Shown here: piece by piece, positions 8,460-18,844 of the stretch
Numbering within the stretch: the first letter of the stretch is position 1
Layout of the letters: every line of letters begins with the position of its first letter
From: a virus
Direction: 5' to 3' (one strand)
DNA: 32,622 nucleotides
Virus genome (UHGV): UHGV-0161432
Position numbers and translations under genes: made by a program
The notes under the pieces: generated by a model
Database searches by the model: none
What the model saw: only the letters and a program-made list of their open reading frames with translations
Told to the model about the DNA's origin: nothing

Positions 8460-10280
8460 ATGAAGACTCGTAAGAGCTTCGCCAACAGCGGTGCCCCTGA
8501 AACCAATGGTCGTACCCTCACCTTCCTCGCCAACAGCGGCAAAGTGATGTGCGACGGACTCACCGTAGACCTGAAGACACTGAAAGCGCCGTTAATCGAC
8601 GGCAGCCTAAAACTGGTGTCCGACCTCACAGAGTCCGACAAACTATCACTACCGTTGCTGATCGACCACATGCCAAGCATCGAATGCCAAGCAGGTGCAA
8701 TCACCCGACTCTGGATGACCGATGATGGACTAATGGCCGAAGCGAAACTCAGCGAGGTAGACCAAGGCGAACGTATCCGCCAGCTTGCAGCCGACGGATG
8801 CCTGACCAACAGTTTCAGCATCACCGTTGAATTCAACAAGCGTCCCGGCAAAGACGGTATCATCCACGATGGCGAACTACTGGAAATCAGCGTCGTATAT
8901 CGTGGTGCCGACCCAAGGGCCGCTTTCACCGCAATCAACAGCCGCAACAACAACACGAATGGAGACACCATGAACCCGGAACTCCTGAAGAAACTGGCGC
9001 GTACCATCGCCCAGTTCAAACTCACTCCCGATGAAGCGGAACAGCTCACCGCTTCCATCGGTGACATCATGCAGGGCGCTCTCGATGACATCACCGAAGC
9101 CATCGGCGAACAGTCCGAATCAAACAATGAGGAAAACACCCCGGCACCGGAGGAACCAGTGCAGACTTCCAACAGCCGTCAGACCATCATCATCAACAAG
9201 GCCAACCACGACGCACACCAGTCTGGTACCGTGAAGTTCTCCCACGACCGTAAGACGTGGCTTGACTCCGATGCCGCCATGATCGCGTTCGAGCGTGCCC
9301 TGATTGATACCGACAACAAGGGTGTCGAAGCGTTCCACCGTGAGTGGGCTGACACCGTGAACCGTAACATGTCGGACACAGCGTCGTTTGGCGTTGACGC
9401 TACCAATGTGAACAAGTTCATCCCGACCGAGGCCATCACCACAATCGCGGACGCTTTGAACAATCGCGGTTCCGGCCTGTGGAATCTGCTGCGTAAGACC
9501 GGTCTTGACCGTCTGACCATCGGCGGCAACGTCAACGGTCTGACTGAGCAGACCCGCGCCCACGGCTACCCGGTGAGCGAGTACGGCAAGCAGAAGAAGG
9601 AACAGACGCTTTCGTTTGTGAAGCGTGAGCTTCAGGCAGACTACACCTACAAGTACATCAAACTGAACAAGGGTGATATCCGCCGCACCCAGCGTCCGGG
9701 CGCTCTGCTCCGCTACGTGCTTCAAGAACTCCCGAACTACATCGTCCAGACCGCCGAACGTCAGATTACGCTCGGTGGTTACACGGATATGGCGCACTTC
9801 CGCAGCGTTGCGACCGACGCGGCAGACAATTCGTCCGATTGGAAGGGCAACCGTTTCGCACTCTCCTACATCATGACGGACGCGGCCCCGCTGATGGACT
9901 TCGTGCGTGCCTCCCACATGGTGCGAGCTCAGGGCAACAAGGTACTCCTGTGCAACGCTGACACCGTGGCCGACCTGCTGATGTCCGCGAACGCGAACGG
10001 CAACACGTACATCGCTCTCGGCGGTGACGATACTCTGGCCCGCGCCCTCGGCGTAAACCAGATCATCACCCCGGAATGGTGGACTGACACGGACGACACC
10101 ACCACTATGGGCGTTATCATGTCCGCATCCCATTATGCGGTGGTTGGCGATACTTCCATCGAGGCGTTCACGAACTTCGCGCTCAGCACGAACAGCAACG
10201 AGTATCTTCAGGAGATCTACGCTGGTGGCGGTCTGGACGCGGAGAAGTCCGCCGTGGTCATCAAGCCGAAGGGTAAGTGA
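8460..10280 (+). CDS. Prohead protease-scaffold-major capsid fusion (HK97 fold)
   Basis: Protease motifs PLLIDH, FSI, ELLEISVVYRGADPRA; acidic linker; capsid-like C-terminal ~350 aa. Confidence 0.88.
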   Translation: MKTRKSFANSGAPETNGRTLTFLANSGKVMCDGLTVDLKTLKAPLIDGSLKLVSDLTESDKLSLPLLIDHMPSIECQAGAITRLWMTDDGLMAEAKLSEVDQGERIRQLAADGCLTNSFSITVEFNKRPGKDGIIHDGELLEISVVYRGADPRAAFTAINSRNNNTNGDTMNPELLKKLARTIAQFKLTPDEAEQLTASIGDIMQGALDDITEAIGEQSESNNEENTPAPEEPVQTSNSRQTIIINKANHDAHQSGTVKFSHDRKTWLDSDAAMIAFERALIDTDNKGVEAFHREWADTVNRNMSDTASFGVDATNVNKFIPTEAITTIADALNNRGSGLWNLLRKTGLDRLTIGGNVNGLTEQTRAHGYPVSEYGKQKKEQTLSFVKRELQADYTYKYIKLNKGDIRRTQRPGALLRYVLQELPNYIVQTAERQITLGGYTDMAHFRSVATDAADNSSDWKGNRFALSYIMTDAAPLMDFVRASHMVRAQGNKVLLCNADTVADLLMSANANGNTYIALGGDDTLARALGVNQIITPEWWTDTDDTTTMGVIMSASHYAVVGDTSIEAFTNFALSTNSNEYLQEIYAGGGLDAEKSAVVIKPKGK

Positions 10281-10474
10281 TGAACGCTGAAATGTACGCA
10301 CGAGTCGGCGGCAAGGCACTGCCCGAAGACAACGTGAACACGGTTAAGGTCATCAACTTCGTGAACGAGGATGGTCAGCCTATCGGTAAGGCCGCTCACG
10401 TTGACCCGACGTCCGGCACAGTAGCGCAGGTGGTGAACGCTCTGATCGCCGCTGGCTTGATGGCGTCCGCCTGA
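10277..10474 (+). CDS. Small head fibre/decoration-like protein
   Basis: Follows MCP; C-terminal TVAQVVNALIAAGLMA motif. Confidence 0.6.
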   Translation: MMNAEMYARVGGKALPEDNVNTVKVINFVNEDGQPIGKAAHVDPTSGTVAQVVNALIAAGLMASA

Positions 10475-10510
10475 CACGCTACCCTAAACAGTAGCGGGAC
10501 TGCACCGCAA

Positions 10511-10553
10511 AGGCCCTATCTCCTACAATGGGAGGTAGGGCCTAACTCATTTT
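10511..10553 (+). terminator. Hairpin, putative terminator after head genes
   Basis: AGGCCCTATCTCC-loop-GGAGGTAGGGCCT followed by a short T run. Confidence 0.55.
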
Positions 10554-10568
10554 TCGGAAGGAGCAATC

Positions 10569-11231
10569 ATGGACATCGACGCCAGCGTAATCAATCAGGT
10601 GGGAGACGCGATCTACGCACGGTGGAAGGATGCCGCGCTCGCAGACCTCGCCAACATCATATGCCAAAAAGCCCTATCCCAGCTTACGGATGATTACGTG
10701 GGAATCGTCGTAGGGGATGGCCGCCATGTCGCCCTACTGGCATGGTATTCGGAAGTGAGCAACGTGCAGACCACCGACGGTGTGAAACTCGATTTTCACG
10801 TGAACTATGATATGGGCGACGGGTGGAAGCCAGAAACCAAGTACGCGAACTACCTGACCATCACGGAACGTCTCACGGCGGGTACGGCAATAACCGTGAC
10901 CGGAACGCACGGGTTCGCGAAACTCCCCGCCCCGTTATCCTCTGTGTTGGCTGCAATCATCGAGGCAGACCAGAACATGCTTGACCAGACCGACCGCATC
11001 ACCTCGAAGAGTATCGAGGATGTGAGCGTGAGCTACGCAACGAGCAACGAGACGGCTATGGAACGTGCGTTGACCCCTTACCGGTCTCTTATCAGCCAAT
11101 GGAGCCTATGTCGCAACGGCACTCAGACCGGTGGCATCCTCTCCATGCCTCGCAAGCATCATAATCTGCCGTGGTGGTTGAACGCTCAGGATTACGTGGG
11201 AGGTGACTACGCTTATGGCAACGCTATGTGA
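10569..11231 (+). CDS. Head-tail adaptor/connector
   Basis: Synteny; HGFAKLPAPL and ITSKSIEDVSVSY motifs. Confidence 0.75.
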   Translation: MDIDASVINQVGDAIYARWKDAALADLANIICQKALSQLTDDYVGIVVGDGRHVALLAWYSEVSNVQTTDGVKLDFHVNYDMGDGWKPETKYANYLTITERLTAGTAITVTGTHGFAKLPAPLSSVLAAIIEADQNMLDQTDRITSKSIEDVSVSYATSNETAMERALTPYRSLISQWSLCRNGTQTGGILSMPRKHHNLPWWLNAQDYVGGDYAYGNAM

Positions 11232-11586
11232 CCCGTTCCGACTGTTCCCACACCAAGTTCAGACGGCTACGCTTTGGCGGTACACGGCTCCCGGCCTGCC
11301 TAACGAACAATTGGCCGCCTTGCAAGTGATTGTGAAGCATTCAACCCAGTCCGACCAGCCGACCGAATACGGTTCGCGTATCAGCAGCCGACGCTTCCAT
11401 ATTCAAACGGACACGGTTCCCGAGAACTTGCGGGAAAACATGGAACTATGGCCCGACCTCATGTTGGAACTTTCCGATGGCAGAGTGTACCAAGTCACGC
11501 AAGCAAGTCGCGGAGATGACATGGACATGGGGGAAACCCGGTTCATCACCGTGTACGGGAACCCGTATGGAAGGGATAGTCTATGA
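11215..11586 (+). CDS. Head closure/stopper protein (probable)
   Basis: Synteny and size; SD GGGAGG. Confidence 0.6.
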   Translation: MATLCDPFRLFPHQVQTATLWRYTAPGLPNEQLAALQVIVKHSTQSDQPTEYGSRISSRRFHIQTDTVPENLRENMELWPDLMLELSDGRVYQVTQASRGDDMDMGETRFITVYGNPYGRDSL

Positions 11587-11906
11587 GCTACCGGTTACAG
11601 TTGTCCGCAGATTGGGCGCGTAAGCTCTCCACCCAACAGCTGAACAAGGGCGGCGTGAAGATGATGACGGACATCCTCAAGATGGCACGTCAGAACGCTC
11701 CAGTACGCACCGGCGCTTTACGTAACAGTGGCCGTTTCCAACAGCTTTCCACGCTCAAGTGGCGTATCACGTTCGGCAACAGTCGCGTGCCTTACGCGCG
11801 TATCCGCGAACATACGAACCGGTTGCATCCGAACACGGTACGCTACCTCCAGCGGGCGCGGAACACCGCCGCCAGCCGTGCTAAATCATATTTCAACCTA
11901 GGATAG
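11583..11906 (+). CDS. HK97 gp10-like tail completion protein
   Basis: APVRTGALRNS...VPYA...YL motif. Confidence 0.8.
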   Translation: MSYRLQLSADWARKLSTQQLNKGGVKMMTDILKMARQNAPVRTGALRNSGRFQQLSTLKWRITFGNSRVPYARIREHTNRLHPNTVRYLQRARNTAASRAKSYFNLG

Positions 11907-11916
11907 GAGCGACATC

Positions 11917-12345
11917 ATGATTGATCTGGCCATGTGCATGACCCTCCAAAACGAGGGTTTCGGCACTTACGGCAAAACACTGTTCTTCGGCACCAGCCCA
12001 GTACTGGACACGGGTAGCGTCACCAACGCGGAAGGAATCTGGGTCAACGCGAACACCGTGGACATCAACGGCGACCTGTACACCGACCAGCTCACCATCA
12101 GTAGCCGCTCTTTCGACGTGATCGAACAAGGAAAGTTGATGCTCCGACTCCTGCACTTCATCAACAATCATCTGCATGACCATTGCCAATTGACCTGTAA
12201 CCCAATTGCTGATATTGACTTTGTATCAATCCGCGTGCATCCGGCGACCGCCATCGACATGGACGCCATCGACGGAGAAGGACGCTGGGTGAAAAGCATC
12301 CGATTCAACGTGGATTACAAGCTCTCCATCGAAACGGTAGAATAG
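11917..12345 (+). CDS. Tail terminator protein (probable)
   Basis: Synteny before the major tail gene; size. Confidence 0.65.
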   Translation: MIDLAMCMTLQNEGFGTYGKTLFFGTSPVLDTGSVTNAEGIWVNANTVDINGDLYTDQLTISSRSFDVIEQGKLMLRLLHFINNHLHDHCQLTCNPIADIDFVSIRVHPATAIDMDAIDGEGRWVKSIRFNVDYKLSIETVE

Positions 12346-12397
12346 GAACCGTCCATTAGTCGCGCGTGTGCAGTCCCGCCCGACGAAAGGACAAACA

Positions 12398-13219
12398 ATG
12401 GCTTCCTATCCCCTTATCGGCAAGAAGACCGTATACATTGACGACCTCGTAATCAGCCCCGACTTCGTGCAGGATGAAGTGGGCACTATCACCCTGACCC
12501 CCGGCAAGACTGAGGTTGCTTCGCAGTCCGGCACCATCAACGTGCCGAACGGTTCATACGAGGAAATGAGTTTCGAGCTGAACATCATTTGCCCGAGCGT
12601 CCGCTTCCTCGGCATGTTGTTCCCCGAGCTGTATCACAACGCGAAATTCAAGCGTGTTATCTCCGGTTCGCTGTCCGAGACGGGTCAGGTGCGGTTCGGC
12701 GGCAACGAATGCGTGTCGAACACTCCTCGTGACATCATCATTCATAACGTGTGCGATGGTCATTCGTCTGCGCAGGACTTCCGTATCCCGCAGGCGCTAA
12801 TCAGCGCTGGCGGCGAGTTCACCGTGAGCCTGTCCGACCCGTTCGTGGTCAAGTTGTCCGGTTCGATGACCTCCGGTGCGAACGGTGCCGTGATCATGGG
12901 TGAGCTTGATCTGGATAACCCGTCGTATTACGACGAGGATTCCGGCACTATCAAGACGGAGACCGTTAAGGTCACAGCGCTTACCGCTTCCCCTACGAAC
13001 ATTTCCGGCAAAGTCGGTGATCATGTGACGGTCAATGTGGTGGCCTCACCGAATGGTGCGACTGGCAGCATCACCGCCACGGTAGTCGACACCGGGAAGG
13101 CCACCGCTACGGACAACGGGGATGGCACTTGGGATATTCAGTTGGAGCAGAACGGTACGGGTACTGTCACGTTCAAGGATGGCAGTGTGCAGACCGTGGT
13201 TAACTTCAATATCATGTAA
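12398..13219 (+). CDS. Major tail protein with C-terminal Ig-like domain
   Basis: SD GAAAGGA; beta-rich T/V C-terminus VTALTASPTNISGKVGDHVTV. Confidence 0.8.
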   Translation: MASYPLIGKKTVYIDDLVISPDFVQDEVGTITLTPGKTEVASQSGTINVPNGSYEEMSFELNIICPSVRFLGMLFPELYHNAKFKRVISGSLSETGQVRFGGNECVSNTPRDIIIHNVCDGHSSAQDFRIPQALISAGGEFTVSLSDPFVVKLSGSMTSGANGAVIMGELDLDNPSYYDEDSGTIKTETVKVTALTASPTNISGKVGDHVTVNVVASPNGATGSITATVVDTGKATATDNGDGTWDIQLEQNGTGTVTFKDGSVQTVVNFNIM

Positions 13220-13327
13220 ATGAGCATAAGTAACGCCCTCCACCAGAATTGTGGGTGTCGGGCGCAGTTGAGAGAGAATGTTCCTAGAAGGGGAACAGTC
13301 ACATGATATCACATGATTGGAGCAATA

Positions 13328-13681
13328 ATGACCACACCGGTTTTGAGCATCGACACCCGCGAATCGTTCCGCACCCTCACCGTGAAAATCGACGGTACGG
13401 TGTACACCATGCGTCCTCTTGGCTCTAAGGACATGCTCACGATCTTGGATAATGCGGAGACGATTGACAAGCTGAGCGCTGGCGTGGCGAACCGTGAGAC
13501 TTTGGAAATCGCGGAAAAGATTATTTTCCCGCTAGTTGAATCGCTTATGAGTCCAGCTGATAAATTCTCCGAGTGGGCTGAACAGATCCGTAAGCGTAGC
13601 GACCTTGCCTATCAGCGTGCCATGACCGCGTTGTGCGGGCTTATGGCGAAGAACATCACGGTTGACATCAAGGGCGAATAA
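13328..13681 (+). CDS. Tail assembly chaperone (G-like)
   Basis: Between MTP and TMP; SD GGAG. Confidence 0.7.
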   Translation: MTTPVLSIDTRESFRTLTVKIDGTVYTMRPLGSKDMLTILDNAETIDKLSAGVANRETLEIAEKIIFPLVESLMSPADKFSEWAEQIRKRSDLAYQRAMTALCGLMAKNITVDIKGE

Positions 13682-14011
13682 ATGAGGTCGTGGGATAGTC
13701 TGCTTACTCCCGCCGAGCGGGAGGCGATGAAGAGTTACAAGCAGAAGGAGGCGGCTCGCAAGCCGCTTCCGAGCGTTCATATCCTCGCTGAGCTTGGTGA
13801 CTTGTATGGGTGGCAGGCTATCCGCGACGTGTTGGAAAACAAGGTTGATTCCTCTCTGATGGTGAACCTGCTTAGGGAGGGACGTCGTATCCGAAGGCGT
13901 CGACTGGCGGAACAATATCTCATGACGTTCGATTGCATCGCCGCCGCGTTCAGCAAGCATGGCGACCGCAGGATTAACACGATTATCGAAAAACTCGGGA
14001 AGGACGTGTGA
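13682..14011 (+). CDS. Second tail assembly chaperone (T-like)
   Basis: Position immediately before the tape measure gene. Confidence 0.6.
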   Translation: MRSWDSLLTPAEREAMKSYKQKEAARKPLPSVHILAELGDLYGWQAIRDVLENKVDSSLMVNLLREGRRIRRRRLAEQYLMTFDCIAAAFSKHGDRRINTIIEKLGKDV

Positions 14012-16056
14012 TGGCAGACGCGACACTGACACTAGACGCCGAGATCAACACCGGCGATTGGAACGCTGGTGTAAAGGATATTGAATCGGGTAGCCGTCAG
14101 ATCGAAACGTCGGCGCGGCAGGCTGATGGAGCGTTGAGTGACGTTGACAAGTCTGCTGGCAAGTCTTCCAGCGGTTTCGGTAAGTTCGGTGCCGCCGCCG
14201 GTGCCGTTGGCGGTCTCGTCTCTTCTGGTATCGGCATGGCTGTGGACGCCATCGGCAACCTTGCTGGCGATATCGTGGAGGCGTCCGACTCTGCGGACAA
14301 GTTCAAAAGCACGCTGAACTTCGCCGGACTGGATACGGGTACGATTGACGCGCTCACTGCCAGCACGCAAGCTTACGCCGACCAGACCGTTTACAGCATC
14401 AGCGATATTCGTAACGTGACCGCTCAGCTTGCCGCGAACGGTGTACAGGGCTTCGACAAACTAGCCGAAGCGGCAGGTAATTTGAACGCTGTCGCCGGTG
14501 GTAACGCGGAAACTTTCAGTTCGGTGGGTATGGTGCTTACGCAGACCGCTGGCGCTGGCAAGCTCACAACCGAGAACTGGAACCAGTTAGCCGACGCCAT
14601 TCCGGGCGCTTCCGGCAAACTTCAGGAAGCCATGCTCAAGAACGGGGCTTACACCGGTAACTTCCGCGACGCGATGGAGAAGGGTGAGATTTCAGCGGAA
14701 GAATTCAACCAAGCCATAATGGACTTGGGTATGACTGACGCCGCTAAAGAGGCCGCGACCAGCACCAGCACTATCGAAGGTGCGATGGGTAATCTGGAAG
14801 CGTCCATTGTCGGCGTGGGTACGACGATTCTTGACCAGTTCAAAGGCCCGTTGACCTCCGGTATCAGCATGTTGGCGCAAGGCATCAGTGGTCTTAGCGG
14901 CGTGTTTACGGGACTGGTGCAGACTATCGGCCCGATTCTCTCACAGATCGGCACAACGTTCCAGACCGCTTTCCAGCCGGTTGTAGGAATCGTGCAATCG
15001 CAGTTACTCCCAGCGCTCCAACCACTTATGAGTGCCTTACAGAATCTCGGCAACGCGGTTATGCCAGTCATCACGGCCGCAATTCAAACAGTCGCCCCAG
15101 TGTTGGCAACCGTGGTGAGCAACGTCATGCAGACCATGAGCGTCATCGCCACAGCCGTAACGCCGGTGATCACTAACATCGCTGCGTTGATTCAGGCGGT
15201 GCTTCCGGTGATTCAGTCAGTGTTTCAATCGTGGGGTTCCGCGATTCAGGGTGTCATTAACGCGGTTTTCCCCTTCATCCAAACGGTTGTCACATCCGTT
15301 ATGAACGTTATCAACGCGATAATCACCACAGTATTGGCCGCGATTAACGGTGATTGGTCTGGAGTATGGGAAGGAATCAAGAATATCGCTTCCAGCGTCT
15401 GGAACGGTATCAAAAGTATCGTTTCCGGTGCCATCAATGCAGTGTCGAGCGTCATCTCAAGCGTCCTGAACGGTATCAGCGGTATTTTCAGCAGTGTGTG
15501 GAACGGTATCAGGGGAGCAGTAAGCAGCGCATGGAGTGGCATTACCAGCGCTGTCAGCAGTGGCGTTAGCTCCATGATGAGCTTCATCACCAGTATCCCG
15601 AGCCGTATCATGGGCGTGTTCAGCGGAGCCGGATCATGGTTGCTGAGCGCAGGCCAGAACATTATTCAAGGTCTGATTAACGGTATTACGAACGCCATCG
15701 GCGGTGCCATCTCAGCAGTCAAGAACGCGGTTAGCGGTATCATCGACGGTGCCAAGAGTATGCTGGGTATTCATTCCCCGTCGAAGGTGTTCGACCGTGA
15801 GATAGGTCGGATGATTCCGGCTGGTCTTGGACGTGGCGTATCTGAGAACGAGCGTGCGGCCACTCGTCCGGTGGAAGACATGGTGGACTCTCTTCTGCCG
15901 TCGTCCATCGTGACGCCCATGCCAGTCATATCTAATCCGGTGAAGCTGAACGCGAACAGTGGCCCGCGTGTGAACGCGCCTATTACGGTGAACGCGCTTG
16001 ACCCGAACGCAGCGGCACAGGAAACCGTGAGGGTGATTAATTTTCATTACGTGTGA
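14008..16056 (+). CDS. Tape measure protein
   Basis: Ala/Gly-rich, tape_meas-like GKLTTENWNQL region, W/F-spaced repeats, LGIHSPSKVF motif. Confidence 0.93.
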   Translation: MMADATLTLDAEINTGDWNAGVKDIESGSRQIETSARQADGALSDVDKSAGKSSSGFGKFGAAAGAVGGLVSSGIGMAVDAIGNLAGDIVEASDSADKFKSTLNFAGLDTGTIDALTASTQAYADQTVYSISDIRNVTAQLAANGVQGFDKLAEAAGNLNAVAGGNAETFSSVGMVLTQTAGAGKLTTENWNQLADAIPGASGKLQEAMLKNGAYTGNFRDAMEKGEISAEEFNQAIMDLGMTDAAKEAATSTSTIEGAMGNLEASIVGVGTTILDQFKGPLTSGISMLAQGISGLSGVFTGLVQTIGPILSQIGTTFQTAFQPVVGIVQSQLLPALQPLMSALQNLGNAVMPVITAAIQTVAPVLATVVSNVMQTMSVIATAVTPVITNIAALIQAVLPVIQSVFQSWGSAIQGVINAVFPFIQTVVTSVMNVINAIITTVLAAINGDWSGVWEGIKNIASSVWNGIKSIVSGAINAVSSVISSVLNGISGIFSSVWNGIRGAVSSAWSGITSAVSSGVSSMMSFITSIPSRIMGVFSGAGSWLLSAGQNIIQGLINGITNAIGGAISAVKNAVSGIIDGAKSMLGIHSPSKVFDREIGRMIPAGLGRGVSENERAATRPVEDMVDSLLPSSIVTPMPVISNPVKLNANSGPRVNAPITVNALDPNAAAQETVRVINFHYV

Positions 16057-16081
16057 CATGCCGCGCGGGTAGACTGAGGGT

Positions 16082-16975
16082 ATGGCTATCTTTACCCTTG
16101 ACCCGCGCGACGTTCGTCTTACCCTGAACGGTTTCCCCTTGTACGGAACCGACTCATACGGGTGCGAGTGGCACGTAACGTTCCAGAACGTCTCAGGATT
16201 GTTCGACGGCGTTGGCTCGACCTTGCAGACCAAGGACAAGGCATGGTCTGATGGTTGGTTTAGCAATATTCCCGTGGCTCATGGTCGTTCGATCAGTATT
16301 GAGGGGCATATTATCGGCAAATGCACGGAAAACTGCATCAACGCTTGGGATTCGTTCAAACGGTCGTTTAATATCACCAGTCAGTCTCTTGTAGTGGAAT
16401 TGGGGAATATCAGCCGTCAAGTGCAGGTCATGCAATCGTCTTCCGCGCCATTGGTGGAATGGGCTGGCGTCAACATCCTCAAATTCAGCATCGGATTAAC
16501 AGCTTTGGACTCGTATCTGTACGATACGCAGTCAGTGAGCGGGAATACTGGTCTGCCAAACAGTCAGGGCGGTATGACATTCCCCTATCATTTCGAGAAC
16601 ATCAACACGCGCAATGGGTCTACGTGGGTCTGGTCTGAAACAACCGTGTCCGGTAGCGTGCGCCTCACTAACACGGGTAGTGCTCCAAGCCCGGTGACTA
16701 TTCGCATCGATGGGCCTGTGGTCAACCCGCAGGTTGAGCATAGTCCGAGCGGGCATATCATGGCGTTCGACCTCAGTTTGGGCGAGGGCCATTACATTCT
16801 TATCAACGGTGCCACACATGAGATTCTTATCGATGGCACCGACCCGGCACGTGGCAGTGTGATCCGACGTGAATGGAGTTACGCGGGAATCGGGGAGAAT
16901 ATCTGGATGTTCAGCGCCGAGGAACCATCGAGTAACGCGCGTATGACGGTATCGTTCAACCCGGCTTACATCTAA
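16082..16975 (+). CDS. Distal tail (Dit)-like protein, leaderless
   Basis: Follows TMP; NTGSAPSPVTIRIDGPVVNP motif; TAGACT 6 nt before ATG. Confidence 0.8.
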   Translation: MAIFTLDPRDVRLTLNGFPLYGTDSYGCEWHVTFQNVSGLFDGVGSTLQTKDKAWSDGWFSNIPVAHGRSISIEGHIIGKCTENCINAWDSFKRSFNITSQSLVVELGNISRQVQVMQSSSAPLVEWAGVNILKFSIGLTALDSYLYDTQSVSGNTGLPNSQGGMTFPYHFENINTRNGSTWVWSETTVSGSVRLTNTGSAPSPVTIRIDGPVVNPQVEHSPSGHIMAFDLSLGEGHYILINGATHEILIDGTDPARGSVIRREWSYAGIGENIWMFSAEEPSSNARMTVSFNPAYI

Positions 16976-16986
16976 GGAGGTGCAGG

Positions 16987-18147
16987 ATGTCTTTTATCTC
17001 TAACCGATTGCCGCAGTCGAACGGCCTCTACTCTGACACGGCGCGTGTATTGTGGCAGCGTTCCGGCTTACAGTTCGTGGCCGTCACATTGGATGACGGC
17101 ACTGTGATAGCCGAACTCCCCGACCTCCAACTAACCCATGTGACGTACCGTTTCGAGGAAACGACCAGTGAAACGGCCACTCTCCCGTGGCGCAACGCTC
17201 CCCGCAATTGGGATGAAGCCACCACCCCGTATCAGGCCGCCATACTACTGGTGCGTGAATCTACCGTGTTGTGGGGCGGTATCGTGGTCAAACGCGAGCG
17301 TGCAATGCGCGGCGACGGTTTGACGTTGACACTGGCAACCGTCGAACACTATCTCGATAACGTGTACGTGCAGGATCACACGTACACGAATCGAGACCAG
17401 TGCGAGATAGTGGAAGACCTCGTGACCACCACGCTTAAAAACCACCGGTTTAATCTCGTTGTCGAAACGTCACCGAGTAAGATCAAACGTGACCGCACGT
17501 ATGAGGCCGAAAGCGACAAGACCCTGCTAAGCGTGTTGCAGGAGCTTGCCAACGTGTTGAACGGGCCGGAATGGTGTACATCATGGCGGGCCATCAACGA
17601 CGGCCATTATGAGCCGGTCATGACGGTAGCCGACCGTATCGGTTCCACCACGCCAAGCACAACGTTCGATGAAAGCGTTATGACCACGTTCAACCTGTTG
17701 GAGGATTATACGAACGGGTATGGTGCTAACGCGGTCATGGCAGTGAGTACGGCTGACGCGGGTGACCGTCCCCAGTCTGATTGGATGATCGCAGATCAGC
17801 CCCACCGGCCTCGGCTGGAATATGTGTTCCAACCGTCTACAAGCATCAAGAACAAGAGTACGTTGAACGAACATGCCAAGTCCTCGTTGTTGCAGATGCA
17901 GAACGGTACCCAGACCATCACTATGGGCTTGAGTCTGCTTTCCGCTCCAATGGTGTATGAGGAGTGGAAGCCGGGCGACCTTATCGCATGGACTGTGGAG
18001 GAAGACGCCGAGCATTTTCCATACAATGACCACGGTACCGCCCGTATCATCGGGTATGAGATTGATTTCAGTCAGTCGTGGACTATCACCCCGACGTTGC
18101 AGCAGGAGGATACGAATGCCGAGCAAATTCAAGTTCAGTCTCGATAG
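16987..18147 (+). CDS. Minor tail/baseplate hub (Tal/gp37-like) protein
   Basis: Follows Dit; LWGGIV and WKPGDLI motifs. Confidence 0.75.
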   Translation: MSFISNRLPQSNGLYSDTARVLWQRSGLQFVAVTLDDGTVIAELPDLQLTHVTYRFEETTSETATLPWRNAPRNWDEATTPYQAAILLVRESTVLWGGIVVKRERAMRGDGLTLTLATVEHYLDNVYVQDHTYTNRDQCEIVEDLVTTTLKNHRFNLVVETSPSKIKRDRTYEAESDKTLLSVLQELANVLNGPEWCTSWRAINDGHYEPVMTVADRIGSTTPSTTFDESVMTTFNLLEDYTNGYGANAVMAVSTADAGDRPQSDWMIADQPHRPRLEYVFQPSTSIKNKSTLNEHAKSSLLQMQNGTQTITMGLSLLSAPMVYEEWKPGDLIAWTVEEDAEHFPYNDHGTARIIGYEIDFSQSWTITPTLQQEDTNAEQIQVQSR

Positions 18148-18844
18148 CGCGGACGCGACCGCCCGCCAGTTCGCGGACATCAAACGCCAGTTGCAGGAGC
18201 TTCCGCCGAGCATCGTCAACAGCGTTAAACCTATGGTCGATCAGATCACTCAAATGTTCGAGGAAGTGCAGACGCTGACGAACAATCTTGACCAGCGTGT
18301 GCAGGAAAGCATCACCCGCAACAGTTACACCCGTTCCGAGATTGACGCTAAAACGCAGGAATGGAACTGGGGGGTATTGACTCCGAATCGTGGTGGTACT
18401 GGTACCGGCAACGCCTACAATAACTTGTTTACGCTCGGCCAATGGCGCGCCGCGTGGATATTGTCCGACGGCACTATGGGCACGGCGCAATCTATTCGTG
18501 CGGTGAAAACCGATATCGTGGACGCAGACGATTACATTCCCGTTGACGCGCTCCGCAAAGTGAAATGGTGCATCTATCGGATGAAGGATGACAAGAACCT
18601 GAACCTTGATGACGCTCAACCAAGGGTAGGCATGATTGCCGACGATATGGACGAAAACGGTCTGGGTTTCTTCTGCGAATACAATGATGACGGTACTCTA
18701 ATGGGTATCAATTATCCGATGTTGGGAGTGGCGGCGCTCCGACTTGCTCAACAGGTGGCGGATGACTTGGACGCGCTCAAAGCTAAGGTGGAAGCGCTAT
18801 CCACCAACGAAGATAAAATAGTTGTAGACGATTCGGAGGAATGA
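18116..18844 (+). CDS. Tail protein with C-terminal Peptidase_S74-like intramolecular chaperone
   Basis: SD GGAGGA; RGGTG; S-x-RAVKTDI...GMIADD...INYPMLGV...LDALKAKVEAL. Confidence 0.75.
   Translation: MPSKFKFSLDSADATARQFADIKRQLQELPPSIVNSVKPMVDQITQMFEEVQTLTNNLDQRVQESITRNSYTRSEIDAKTQEWNWGVLTPNRGGTGTGNAYNNLFTLGQWRAAWILSDGTMGTAQSIRAVKTDIVDADDYIPVDALRKVKWCIYRMKDDKNLNLDDAQPRVGMIADDMDENGLGFFCEYNDDGTLMGINYPMLGVAALRLAQQVADDLDALKAKVEALSTNEDKIVVDDSEE

Noticed and set aside
9120..10319. Long - strand ORF (399 aa), and similar ones such as 20333..21316 and 8417..9172
   Set aside because: Shadows of well-supported + strand genes, common in GC-rich DNA; no motifs or RBS.
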